Shown here: positions 16,694 through 24,178 of the stretch, piece after piece
Numbering within the stretch: position 1 is the stretch's first letter
Layout of the letters: each line of letters opens with the position of its first letter
Virus record (IMG/VR): IMGVR_UViG_3300047375_000921
Location: 1 to 24,178 of that record
From: a virus
Taxonomy: Duplodnaviria > Caudoviricetes
Strand: one strand, 5' to 3'
Length of the DNA stretch: 24,178 bases
The notes under the pieces: model-generated
The model's database searches: none
Told to the model about the DNA's origin: nothing
What the model saw: the letters and a program-made list of their open reading frames with translations, nothing else
Position numbers and translations under genes: made by a program

Positions 16694-16985
16694 TTAAATA
16701 ATACTCCACAATTAATGTCCTCACAAATAAAACTATGCCTACACCATTCAACATTATTAACGCTCTGTCTCTCCACAGTAGGCCAACAATCATCCAACCT
16801 GTAACGCCAATTAAACTTAGTATGGTATCGTAAAATTGCAAGCCTTCTATGCCTCGCATACTCATACTGCTAAGAATAAAACAACTTGCTATCCATTTAA
16901 CGTACCAACTTATGTCGTACTTTGGAGTTGCACTTTTATATATTCTTTTACTGTTTTCCAATTCCTTCGGGTCAAATTTTGACAT
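16686..16985 (-). CDS. DUF6552-like membrane protein
   Basis: WYVKWIAS...LSLIG..GW..VG..WRDRAL..LN. Confidence 0.7.
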   Translation of the reverse strand: MSKFDPKELENSKRIYKSATPKYDISWYVKWIASCFILSSMSMRGIEGLQFYDTILSLIGVTGWMIVGLLWRDRALIMLNGVGIVLFVRTLIVEYYLIG

Positions 16986-17156
16986 TTAAAATATCCACTG
17001 TATAAGTAGAACTGTGATAATACCTTTAGCAAAGGCTAACCATAATGCGGTATAGTCGCTGATGTTGATATAATCTATAACTTGCCACGTTAGTTTTTCA
17101 TGCCATTTAAAAAACTTCTTATATTGTGATGCTAACATTTTTTGCATTTCAAACAT
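16986..17156 (-). CDS. 56-aa small membrane protein (MFEMQKMLASQYKKFFKWHEK...LWLAFAKGIITVLLIQWIF)
   Basis: Hand translation; AAGGAG SD; fills the gap exactly. Confidence 0.75.
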   Translation of the reverse strand: MFEMQKMLASQYKKFFKWHEKLTWQVIDYINISDYTALWLAFAKGIITVLLIQWIF

Positions 17157-17158
17157 TT

Positions 17159-17416
17159 TTACTCCTTTGAAATATTATCTGTGCCACTTGGCGGATTACG
17201 ATCAGTGCCTAACGAACCTTCGTGATCTTTAGTCTTTTCCCAAACAAGTCCATCGGGCCTTGCACGGTGAGGGAATTCATCTCTGGTATCGCCTTCGAGA
17301 CCAAGATCGGCATCATCCTTCTTGCCAAAAATTGCGTCCCAATTATCTCTGCCTTGCTTGGACAACGTACCCTTGGTTCTAATAGAATCACCAGTGATAT
17401 CGTTCTTACTCGTCAT
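17159..17416 (-). CDS. Phage hypothetical protein
   Basis: NDITGD.I...NWDAIF pattern recalled from small myovirus proteins; GAGG SD. Confidence 0.7.
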   Translation of the reverse strand: MTSKNDITGDSIRTKGTLSKQGRDNWDAIFGKKDDADLGLEGDTRDEFPHRARPDGLVWEKTKDHEGSLGTDRNPPSGTDNISKE

Positions 17417-17585
17417 GGTGCCTTCCTCTGATAGTTTGGTACTTTTGCCTTAGATGACGCATGTGAGCATAGTAACTACGTTGTATCTTTGCTCTTATTC
17501 TTTTAATAATTTTTCTCTTAGACCTTGCCTTTTCAGACTTGGCTATTCTCTCACCTCTGGTTTGATCTTTTTCCAATTCAGTCAT
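17406..17585 (-). CDS. Small highly basic protein
   Basis: Start MTELEK with GGAG SD; Arg/Lys-rich. Confidence 0.65.
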   Translation of the reverse strand: MTELEKDQTRGERIAKSEKARSKRKIIKRIRAKIQRSYYAHMRHLRQKYQTIRGRHHDE

Positions 17586-17598
17586 TGTATTCTCCAAT

Positions 17599-18120
17599 CT
17601 ATCGGTCATTATAAATTCTTATAAAATGCTCTTCACCTTTAGATACGTTTTCTATCCAGTTTGTGTCAGCATCTGAATCTGCACTGTCACTAACATACTT
17701 AAAACATTTGAAACTTACTCCAGCAGTTTGACATGCTTTAGCAATTGCAAATGCTTCCATGTCTACTACGTGTGCTGGTATTTCTAAATTAGGATCAGTG
17801 ACAAAGTTATCACCTGTACTACATGTATATCCTACGCCATTGTTTATTACATTTGGTTCTGTTGGTATCATTACTTCTAACGCAGGAGGACATTTACCTT
17901 TGTCACGTTCAACAAAATTTAACATTTCGTGGCATCCTGACTCTAACAATATACCACCTGCTGTGCCAAAGTTCCACACTGTTCGTGGATTAAGTCTTTC
18001 AATAATTCTTGCGGCCTGTAGTGCGGCATTAACTTTACCTACACCTGTAAAATACACATTATCCCATTTTGCCATTTCTGGCGCTTCTTGTTCTAATGCA
18101 ATTAAAATTACGTCTCTCAA
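17599..18120 (-). CDS. 5'-methylthioadenosine/S-adenosylhomocysteine nucleosidase (PNP/UDP family)
   Basis: GVGKVNAA, NFGTAG, TGDNF, DMEAFAIA, KYVSD. Confidence 0.85.
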   Translation of the reverse strand: MRDVILIALEQEAPEMAKWDNVYFTGVGKVNAALQAARIIERLNPRTVWNFGTAGGILLESGCHEMLNFVERDKGKCPPALEVMIPTEPNVINNGVGYTCSTGDNFVTDPNLEIPAHVVDMEAFAIAKACQTAGVSFKCFKYVSDSADSDADTNWIENVSKGEEHFIRIYNDR

Positions 18121-18121
18121 T

Positions 18122-18667
18122 TTACTCCCCTTCGAAGTCTATCAGTGTTTCGACATTGTATCCGTCATATTCTAATGATTCTGTACCATCTAAGTCAGGT
18201 AAATTAATCACTGCTAAAATAAGTATGTTATCTTTACTAATGCCAAACTCTTCATGTACAAGTTCTGCACATGCCTTTGCTGTACCACCTGTTGCTACTA
18301 AATCATCTACAATAACAACTTTGCCTTGTATTGGAGATACTTTTTGTATGTGGATTTCTGTTTCACCATACTCTAATGAGAATGCTTTGCTGTATGTATC
18401 GTTAGGTAATTTACCAGGCTTACGTGCAAGTATAAGTGGTAGCATTGCTTCTTCGGCAATGGGTGTACCAAATACAAATCCTCTGCTTTCTATACCTACA
18501 ATACAATCTGCACCAAACATAGCACTGCGTGATTTTAGTTCTGTCATTACACTTTTAAATGCCCATGGCTTTTCGAGTAGACTGGTAATGTCTCTAAACT
18601 GTATGCCTGGGATCGGATGATCGAGAACTGTTCTAATTGATTTTTTGATTTCGTCTGAATTAAACAT
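18122..18667 (-). CDS. apt: Adenine phosphoribosyltransferase
   Basis: PGIQFRDIT, GIESRGF, RKPGKLP, LEYG, VDDLVATGGT. Confidence 0.95.
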   Translation of the reverse strand: MFNSDEIKKSIRTVLDHPIPGIQFRDITSLLEKPWAFKSVMTELKSRSAMFGADCIVGIESRGFVFGTPIAEEAMLPLILARKPGKLPNDTYSKAFSLEYGETEIHIQKVSPIQGKVVIVDDLVATGGTAKACAELVHEEFGISKDNILILAVINLPDLDGTESLEYDGYNVETLIDFEGE

Positions 18668-18675
18668 GTTTATAT

Positions 18676-18969
18676 TTAGTACTGGTCCTTATCCCAATTG
18701 GCTATCATTTGGAGCAAATTATCTACTTCTGGATCATTCAAGTATCCAACAACATCATCAAATACTGTCATGTTGGCATTTTCTCTGATGTAGTACAAGT
18801 CGTCACCTTTAAGTAGAGCAACTTCCCATAAGCCTTTGTTAGCACCATAAGAATACTGATGTCTAATAACACTTGCACCATAACCATTAACGAAATGCCA
18901 TGTTTTCTGTTGACCACCATGATTTGGAGTTTCTGTATACTCCGCTACTCTGTGATCATTCTTGTTCAT
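18676..18969 (-). CDS. Conserved phage hypothetical protein
   Basis: F.NGYGASVI....SYG...GLWEVA pattern; AGGAG SD. Confidence 0.75.
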   Translation of the reverse strand: MNKNDHRVAEYTETPNHGGQQKTWHFVNGYGASVIRHQYSYGANKGLWEVALLKGDDLYYIRENANMTVFDDVVGYLNDPEVDNLLQMIANWDKDQY

Positions 18970-19099
18970 GTTTGTTCTCCTGGAACCATTTTAAACTGCA
19001 TTGTGCATCACAAAAGATATTTTTCTTATCTGGTGTGTGATATTTAATTGCAGGTAATGGAACATTCTGTCCGCATGTAGCACACGGTAATGCTCTCAT
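18956..19099 (-). CDS. 47-aa TRASH/MYM-like zinc-finger protein
   Basis: Hand translation MRALPCATCGQ...IFCDAQCSLKWF; ATGA coupling with the upstream gene. Confidence 0.7.
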   Translation of the reverse strand: MRALPCATCGQNVPLPAIKYHTPDKKNIFCDAQCSLKWFQENKHEQE

Positions 19100-19557
19100 C
19101 TACGCATCCTTGCAATATCAACAGCCTGTGTGGTGCCTTTCATTACTGGTACTGCGTTAGACTTATGCATTGTGGCAATGCCTGTTATAAGGTCGCCTGT
19201 GTACTTCATAGGCTCCTTCTTTGTGCCTCTGCTCATACTGTCGGTGTTAAATGTACCAGCCTTCATTTGCTCTTCCATTGCAGAAGGATAGTGCTTTGTT
19301 TCACGATATGCAGAGTTTTGTGTGCTGGTGTCCATAGGCTTAAATGCTTCTCTACTACGTGGGTCTACTTTAGGTCGAATGCCATGGCAGTAATCAACAT
19401 ACTGTTCGAATGTTAATTTTGGCTCACCAATACGTTTGCATATTCTGTTATGCTCAATCATGCCCCTTTCCCACTTGGCAACGTTTGCCTTAGTGTATTT
19501 GGGTGCATACTTCTTATTACGTATGGTTGTCATGCCCTGTTGAAGATGCATAGTCAT
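19096..19557 (-). CDS. Conserved T4-like phage early hypothetical protein
   Basis: C-terminal YTG...GIATMHKSNAVPV...A.MRR pattern; GAGGT SD; early promoter upstream. Confidence 0.75.
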   Translation of the reverse strand: MTMHLQQGMTTIRNKKYAPKYTKANVAKWERGMIEHNRICKRIGEPKLTFEQYVDYCHGIRPKVDPRSREAFKPMDTSTQNSAYRETKHYPSAMEEQMKAGTFNTDSMSRGTKKEPMKYTGDLITGIATMHKSNAVPVMKGTTQAVDIARMRR

Positions 19558-19595
19558 ATACGGCCACCTCTCGTTCTAACCTAATTTAGTCTATT

Positions 19596-19623
19596 ATTAT
19601 AGCAAATTGTAGTAGTTTGTCAA
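19596..19623 (-). promoter_or_regulatory. Sigma70-type early promoter
   Basis: TTGACA-aactactacaatttgc-TATAAT; 16-nt spacer. Confidence 0.85.
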
Positions 19624-19787
19624 CCGTTTATTACAAGACTTGCAAGTAATAATAGTATAGAGATGGAGCCTAAGAATGCAAAGCCTACTGCTATTGCTGT
19701 TATGAGGATCTGTGAGGGTGTTACAGTGTTGTTATGTGACTTACCTACACCTATTAGTAATCTAAATGTGTTTCTAAAATAAGACAC
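19620..19787 (-). CDS. 55-aa membrane microprotein, DUF2970-like
   Basis: Hand translation from GTG: MSYFRNTFRLLIGVGKS...PSQILITAIAVGFAFLGSISILLLLASLVING. Confidence 0.6.
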   Translation of the reverse strand: MSYFRNTFRLLIGVGKSHNNTVTPSQILITAIAVGFAFLGSISILLLLASLVING

Positions 19788-19962
19788 TGTTTAGGGCAAA
19801 CACGGCTAACATGGAAAAGAATACCACTATCTGTATGACTGCCGGTATAACCACAAACAATTGCATAGGGCTGAAGTCTCCTTTCATAAAGTAGTCTGTT
19901 TCAAACCACTCTGCTTGTTCTTCAGGTGTTGCGTCTCTTACTTGTAAGGTATTGGTGTCCAT
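19774..19962 (-). CDS. 62-aa membrane microprotein
   Basis: Start reassigned to MDTNTLQVRDATPEE; C-terminal TM segment. Confidence 0.65.
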   Translation of the reverse strand: MDTNTLQVRDATPEEQAEWFETDYFMKGDFSPMQLFVVIPAVIQIVVFFSMLAVFALNSVLF

Positions 19963-20006
19963 GGTGCTATCCAGTATTTGTAAAAAGTTTTTAAAAGTTT
20001 GTTCAT
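19938..20006 (-). CDS. 22-aa peptide MNKLLKTFYKYWIAPWTPIPYK
   Basis: ATGA overlap with the upstream micro-ORF. Confidence 0.45.
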   Translation of the reverse strand: MNKLLKTFYKYWIAPWTPIPYK

Positions 20007-20128
20007 GATTTGTATTCGTGTTCTGCCTGAGCAAAGTCTCTTAATGCACGATTTATACCAGCACCACTGTCAAGTGTGTGTAATGATACAATTAAAAAAC
20101 TGTAGAATAATACTCTTGCATTAAACAT
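20003..20128 (-). CDS. 41-aa microprotein MFNARVLFYSFLIVSLHTLDSGAGINRALRDFAQAEHEYKS
   Basis: TAATG overlap upstream and ATGA overlap downstream. Confidence 0.55.
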   Translation of the reverse strand: MFNARVLFYSFLIVSLHTLDSGAGINRALRDFAQAEHEYKS

Positions 20129-20238
20129 TATAAGCTCGGAGAAACACTTATTATCGATAATAAGAAAACCGCGGCAAGCACAACCAATTCTGCATCATGT
20201 TTGACGCGGTTGAAATCTATTTTAAATCTGTGTTTCAT
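20128..20238 (-). CDS. 36-aa single-TM microprotein MKHRFKIDFNRVKHDAELVVLAAVFLLSIISVSPSL
   Basis: First ORF after TAAATA at 20292-20297. Confidence 0.55.
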   Translation of the reverse strand: MKHRFKIDFNRVKHDAELVVLAAVFLLSIISVSPSL

Positions 20239-20339
20239 TTTTTTCTAAGATTGGAGTAACATAAGAAATTATTATAATAACTTATACACGATATTTATGA
20301 TGAAAAACAGATTACTTAATTATAAGCGGTTGTTTTGAT

Positions 20340-20741
20340 CTATTCTGAAGATTTGCCTTCCCAATCTTTAATTGCTTTTTTGATTGAGTCTTCTGCTAAC
20401 ACTGAACAGTGAATTTTAATTGGTGGTAAATCCAATGCCGCGGCAATATCTTTGTCTTTGATTTGCCTTGCTTCTTCCATTGTTTTACCTTTTAACATTT
20501 CTACAAACATAGTTGAACTTGCAATTGCACTACCGCAACCGTATGTTTTGAACATAACATCTTCTATGCGATCATTGTCATCAAGTTTAAGTTGTAGTCT
20601 CATTACATCACCACATGCTGGAGCACCGGTCATGCCAGTTGCTACCTTAGGATCAGTTGGATCAAACTTACCAACGTTAAACTTCTTAGGATTTGATAAT
20701 ACGCCTTTGAATCTTTTTGTTACTTCTTCTGAATATGCCAT
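20340..20741 (-). CDS. iscU: Fe-S scaffold IscU
   Basis: GAPACGDVM, FKTYGCGSAIAS, LPPIKIHCSVLAED. Confidence 0.95.
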   Translation of the reverse strand: MAYSEEVTKRFKGVLSNPKKFNVGKFDPTDPKVATGMTGAPACGDVMRLQLKLDDNDRIEDVMFKTYGCGSAIASSTMFVEMLKGKTMEEARQIKDKDIAAALDLPPIKIHCSVLAEDSIKKAIKDWEGKSSE

Positions 20742-20759
20742 AATGTTATTTATCTTTTT

Positions 20760-21977
20760 TTAATGCATGTATTCGTCCCAATCGAATGCGTCCATATCAA
20801 CACCGTCTTGGTACATGTCCCACAATGGGGATAGTTCTCTTAATTTCTCAACTACATCGAGCAACGTATCTGCTGTTTGGTCAATGTCTTCGAGCGTGGT
20901 TTGTCTTCCGAAACTGAATCGTATACTGCTGTGTGCTAACTCGTCTGCTCTGCCTAATGCACGTAATACATAACTTGGTTCAAGTGTTGCACTTGTACAT
21001 GCACTACCGCTACTAACAGCAACATTTTCTAAAGCCATAATCAAACTTTCGCCTTCAATAAAGTTAAAACTGACATTTAAAATGTTTTTAACTTTGTGAT
21101 CAAGACTGCCGTTTAAGTATACTTCCTCAACTTCTTTAACTCTTTCTAACAAACGATCATGTAACATACCTACATGAGCTTTGTCTTGTTCGAATCGCTC
21201 TTGGGCAATTCTGTATGCTTCCCCCATTCCTACAATTTGATGTGTAGGAAGTGTGCCACTCCTATTTCCTCTTTCGTGTCCACCACCATGCATTTGTGCT
21301 CTGATTCTTGCACGTGGCTTACGTCGAATATACAATGCACCTACGCCTTTTGGGCCATATGTTTTATGTGCTGATAAACTCATTAAATGTACAGGAAGTT
21401 CTGCTAAGTTTATTTCTACTTTGCCTGTGGCCTGAGCCGCATCCACATGGAACATAATTTTCTTATCAAAGCATAACTTACCAATACCTTCTATGTCGTT
21501 AAGTGTACCAAGTTCATTATTGATAAACATAATACTTACAAGTATTGTATCTTCTCTGATTGCTTCAGCAATCATGTCTGCTGTGATTATACCATCTTCG
21601 TTAGGTTCAAGATATGTAATCTCAAATCCATCACGTTCAAGTTCTCTGCAAGGATCAAGTACTGCTTTGTGTTCAATCTTACTTGTGACAATGTGTTTAC
21701 CATTTGTTTCGTAAAATTGTGCTGTACCTTTGATAGCAAGATTATCTGCTTCAGTGGCACCGCTGGTGAATACAATTTCTCTTGGGTCAGCACCAATAAG
21801 GTCTGCTACTTGTTGTCTTGCTGTGTCAATTGCTTGATCAGCCTCCCAACCGAAACTGTGACTTCTACTTGCAGGGTTTCCAAACTCGCCGTCAAATGTG
21901 AGGAATTTGGTCATTAACTCTGCAACATTTGGGTCGCAGGGTGTAGTTGATGCGTAATCTAAGTATATTCTTTTCAT
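20760..21977 (-). CDS. iscS: Cysteine desulfurase IscS
   Basis: [27 protein letters not shown] (PLP Lys), SSGSACTS (catalytic Cys), LSPLWDM tail. Confidence 0.97.
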   Translation of the reverse strand: MKRIYLDYASTTPCDPNVAELMTKFLTFDGEFGNPASRSHSFGWEADQAIDTARQQVADLIGADPREIVFTSGATEADNLAIKGTAQFYETNGKHIVTSKIEHKAVLDPCRELERDGFEITYLEPNEDGIITADMIAEAIREDTILVSIMFINNELGTLNDIEGIGKLCFDKKIMFHVDAAQATGKVEINLAELPVHLMSLSAHKTYGPKGVGALYIRRKPRARIRAQMHGGGHERGNRSGTLPTHQIVGMGEAYRIAQERFEQDKAHVGMLHDRLLERVKEVEEVYLNGSLDHKVKNILNVSFNFIEGESLIMALENVAVSSGSACTSATLEPSYVLRALGRADELAHSSIRFSFGRQTTLEDIDQTADTLLDVVEKLRELSPLWDMYQDGVDMDAFDWDEYMH

Positions 21978-21978
21978 A

Positions 21979-22686
21979 TTAGTATTTATTATCTATTAGG
22001 TTGTTGTTTTTTAATTCATGAAAAAGCCATGAATGCATGTGTTCGCCTGGGTGTCCGTGATCTGGATAATATTTTGATTCCCTCATGTAGTCCATTACTG
22101 TTACAGTGTTATTTTTTTCGTTGTGTGACAATACGTCCATTTCTAATATGCTATACCCATATGCTGTTGTAGGAAGTGGTCCCATCTCAGAGAAATCATC
22201 TTTGTTAAAAAATTCCTCTATCCACCAACGTAATTGATAGTCTGGCTTATATTCCATTATGTTATTAATAGAATCTTCAATAGGTGTTAGGCCGCCTATT
22301 ACAACTAATTTAGATTTGGGTAATAATTTCTTTAGTTTATTAAGTTTATGATATGTCTTCTCAAGTAACTTATCATGTGGTAAAACTTCACTTATTATGT
22401 CTGTTGTGCCATTGCGAATATAATCTCTTACAGGATCTGATTGGCAAAATATTATGAGGTCAATGTTTTGTTCTGGTGTTAGTGTCATTAATGCATCAGA
22501 AAGAAGTTGATCATTGCCATAACCGTTTATTGCAAAATTTATAATAGAATGACCTTCTGCTTCTAATAAACTTCTAATATGAATTTCTGGTGGTGCACCT
22601 GGAGTATCGATATCACTGTTTCTAAGATTCTCTTCATAATAATAGTTTGGTACAAGCCAACTACAACCAATTAGCATTATGTCCAT
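21979..22686 (-). CDS. SGNH/GDSL-like hydrolase-fold protein
   Basis: N-terminal GCSW, N.A..G.GN, C-terminal DHGHP. Confidence 0.6.
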   Translation of the reverse strand: MDIMLIGCSWLVPNYYYEENLRNSDIDTPGAPPEIHIRSLLEAEGHSIINFAINGYGNDQLLSDALMTLTPEQNIDLIIFCQSDPVRDYIRNGTTDIISEVLPHDKLLEKTYHKLNKLKKLLPKSKLVVIGGLTPIEDSINNIMEYKPDYQLRWWIEEFFNKDDFSEMGPLPTTAYGYSILEMDVLSHNEKNNTVTVMDYMRESKYYPDHGHPGEHMHSWLFHELKNNNLIDNKY

Positions 22687-23462
22687 ATTATTTTGTCATT
22701 TAACCATCTTGCAAACCATTCGTGACCACTTTCACTTAGGTGTGACGCATCATCGGGGGAATGTTGTATTTGACTCCACATTGATATTAATTCAGGGTGT
22801 GTTGCTATATCCTTGCCTTCTCTAAATAAACGTGTGAGTCCCATCTTTTCAAAATTATCTGGATGAAAATAACTGTGTGGGTGGAGAACTGTGTAACGTA
22901 TGTTTTTACTTTCAAGGAATGACATAAGCATAGCAAGTCTGGTCCAAGTAATATAAGTATCAGCAGTGATATCCACTGTTGCTTCTTCTATGCTTTTTTG
23001 AACCAGCTCATCCGTTTTGTTTTCTTGCCACGTCCAACTGTGCATTTTAAAACGGCCCCACCTAAAATCTTTTACTGTGTTATCTACAAGATCATTCAAT
23101 GGCATACTGTCCCAAGGATGTATGGCTTTAATGTTAGGATTGCTTTCTACTGGTGTTTCTTGTTGTGTAATGAATACACTGTGATCAAATGTTGTTTTGC
23201 CAATTCTTGTGTGCGTTAAATAATTTGAGAATACTTCTTTTCTTTCAGGTGATGTAAGTTGAATAATTACATGATCGTTTTCATTAATCTTATTTAATAA
23301 AACGTTTGTAACTATTAATCGCATACTGCGATCATTACTGCCACATCCACCTGCAAGATGTAAATAGTCTATATTTAATAATTTTGATAAATGGTCGCCG
23401 TAGCACTCTTCTACAAGTGTTCTGTCAGAAAAACTGCAACCTGCTACAACCAGTTTGGGCAC
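22677..23462 (-). CDS. SGNH/GDSL-like hydrolase-fold protein
   Basis: GCSFS, LAGGCGSN, T.PER, DASHL...GH. Confidence 0.65.
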   Translation of the reverse strand: MPKLVVAGCSFSDRTLVEECYGDHLSKLLNIDYLHLAGGCGSNDRSMRLIVTNVLLNKINENDHVIIQLTSPERKEVFSNYLTHTRIGKTTFDHSVFITQQETPVESNPNIKAIHPWDSMPLNDLVDNTVKDFRWGRFKMHSWTWQENKTDELVQKSIEEATVDITADTYITWTRLAMLMSFLESKNIRYTVLHPHSYFHPDNFEKMGLTRLFREGKDIATHPELISMWSQIQHSPDDASHLSESGHEWFARWLNDKIIWT

Positions 23463-23896
23463 TACGCAAAATCCTTCAACATCTTGCTAAGTTCTAATGC
23501 ATGTTGCTCCTCTTGGCCTATTTGTCCTCTGGCATATTCCTCAAGCATGATACTTGCATCCGCTACTTCCATTAGCAGTTCTTTGTATTTTCCTACAGCA
23601 CGTACTTCGTGTTCTAAACTTTCAGTGAGTATTTGATTAACACTGTGATCGTGATTTTCTTCTATCTTTGCAATTTTCTGACTTGGGTGTCCACCAAATC
23701 CTGTGATGTATTCGCCTGCTTGTAAGGCATGTGCTAAACTTTCGTTTGCCTGTTCCTGTAGGAATGCTACAATAGGTATCCTGTTAGGACCGCTAATCAT
23801 TAATGAACTGTGTGCATACCTTACCACACCAGCCATTTCCAATTCAACTATTTCATTTAATAGTTCGCATACTTTCTGTGTGTTTAATTCTCTCAT
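23462..23896 (-). CDS. Bacterioferritin/ferritin-like protein
   Basis: Four-helix ferritin pattern ELE...Y, ESLAH, GGHP, LEHE...Y, EEQH. Confidence 0.85.
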   Translation of the reverse strand: MRELNTQKVCELLNEIVELEMAGVVRYAHSSLMISGPNRIPIVAFLQEQANESLAHALQAGEYITGFGGHPSQKIAKIEENHDHSVNQILTESLEHEVRAVGKYKELLMEVADASIMLEEYARGQIGQEEQHALELSKMLKDFA

Positions 23897-23899
23897 TGT

Positions 23900-23977
23900 T
23901 TACTCGTCGTCGTTTAAAATTGTTAATATTATAGTTCCGATAACCATAATGCATATCAGTAATACTAATTCGTACAT
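23900..23977 (-). CDS. 25-aa single-TM peptide MYELVLLICIMVIGTIILTILNDDE
   Basis: TAATG coupling; AGGA upstream; fills the gap. Confidence 0.55.
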   Translation of the reverse strand: MYELVLLICIMVIGTIILTILNDDE

Positions 23978-24051
23978 TATTCGTCCTGATTTTTTATTAC
24001 TACCCAAACTACCAGTAAAGTAAAAAACATTCCTGCAAATACATATTCCAT
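23977..24051 (-). CDS. 24-aa single-TM peptide MEYVFAGMFFTLLVVWVVIKNQDE
   Basis: GGAG SD; starts 1 nt after the upstream stop. Confidence 0.55.
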   Translation of the reverse strand: MEYVFAGMFFTLLVVWVVIKNQDE

Positions 24052-24052
24052 A

Positions 24053-24178
24053 CTATTCTCCGTCGTAATATTCAAGACGCTCTATGTCGTCTTCTGTTGT
24101 TTCTTCGCCGTACTGTATTTCTATTATATGGCAAGGTACTTTACCTTTGTTTACAATCTGATGCCATGCTTTTGCTCT
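24053..24178 (-). CDS. C-terminus of a type II mannose-6-phosphate isomerase-like cupin (partial)
   Basis: WHQIVN....CHIIEIQYG....EDDIER. Confidence 0.75.
   Translation of the reverse strand, partial: RAKAWHQIVNKGKVPCHIIEIQYGEETTEDDIERLEYYDGE

Noticed and set aside
20261-20290. AT-rich palindrome TTATTATAATAA as a Fur/Zur box
   Set aside because: Spacing does not fit either consensus, and such palindromes are common in AT-rich DNA.
693-24023. Numerous antisense or alternative-frame track ORFs (e.g. 693-983, 5365-5835, 7617-8180, 9900-10580, 18069-18620, 23703-24023)
   Set aside because: Shadows of well-supported genes, with no SD, promoter or recognisable motifs.
1-24178. Cellular (bacterial chromosome) origin
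   Set aside because: Housekeeping-like genes are out of operon context, interleaved with phage-type hypotheticals and preceded by TAAATA motifs. No capsid or terminase gene is in the window, so the phage call remains an inference.

Overview
AT-rich, gene-dense segment that reads as the accessory/auxiliary-metabolic region of a large T4-like dsDNA phage. The evidence is short, overlapping, mostly minus-strand ORFs, TAAATA late-type and TTGACA/TATAAT early-type promoters, virion-like Ser/Thr-rich proteins, and host-type enzymes scattered among phage hypotheticals. The host is probably a marine proteobacterium (inferred from NfuA, IscS, a SlyB-like lipoprotein and an outer-membrane barrel). Recognisable genes are metK, a gamma-glutamylcyclotransferase, nfuA, dCMP deaminase, a bfd-like ferredoxin missed by the ORF track, a TagD-like cytidylyltransferase, peroxiredoxin, clpS, hsp20, MTA/SAH nucleosidase, apt, iscU, iscS and a bacterioferritin-like protein. 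The most notable features are: (1) a tandem glutamine (glnA-class) riboswitch controlling a 54-aa basic protein; (2) an Fe(II)/2OG enzyme with the HxG halogenase-type triad fused to a carbohydrate-cluster domain; (3) a ~440-nt structured non-coding leader on hsp20; (4) dispersed iron/Fe-S and SAM-cycle modules; (5) apparently leaderless late genes; (6) several unannotated microproteins. All family calls are from motif recognition by eye; no database searches were run.
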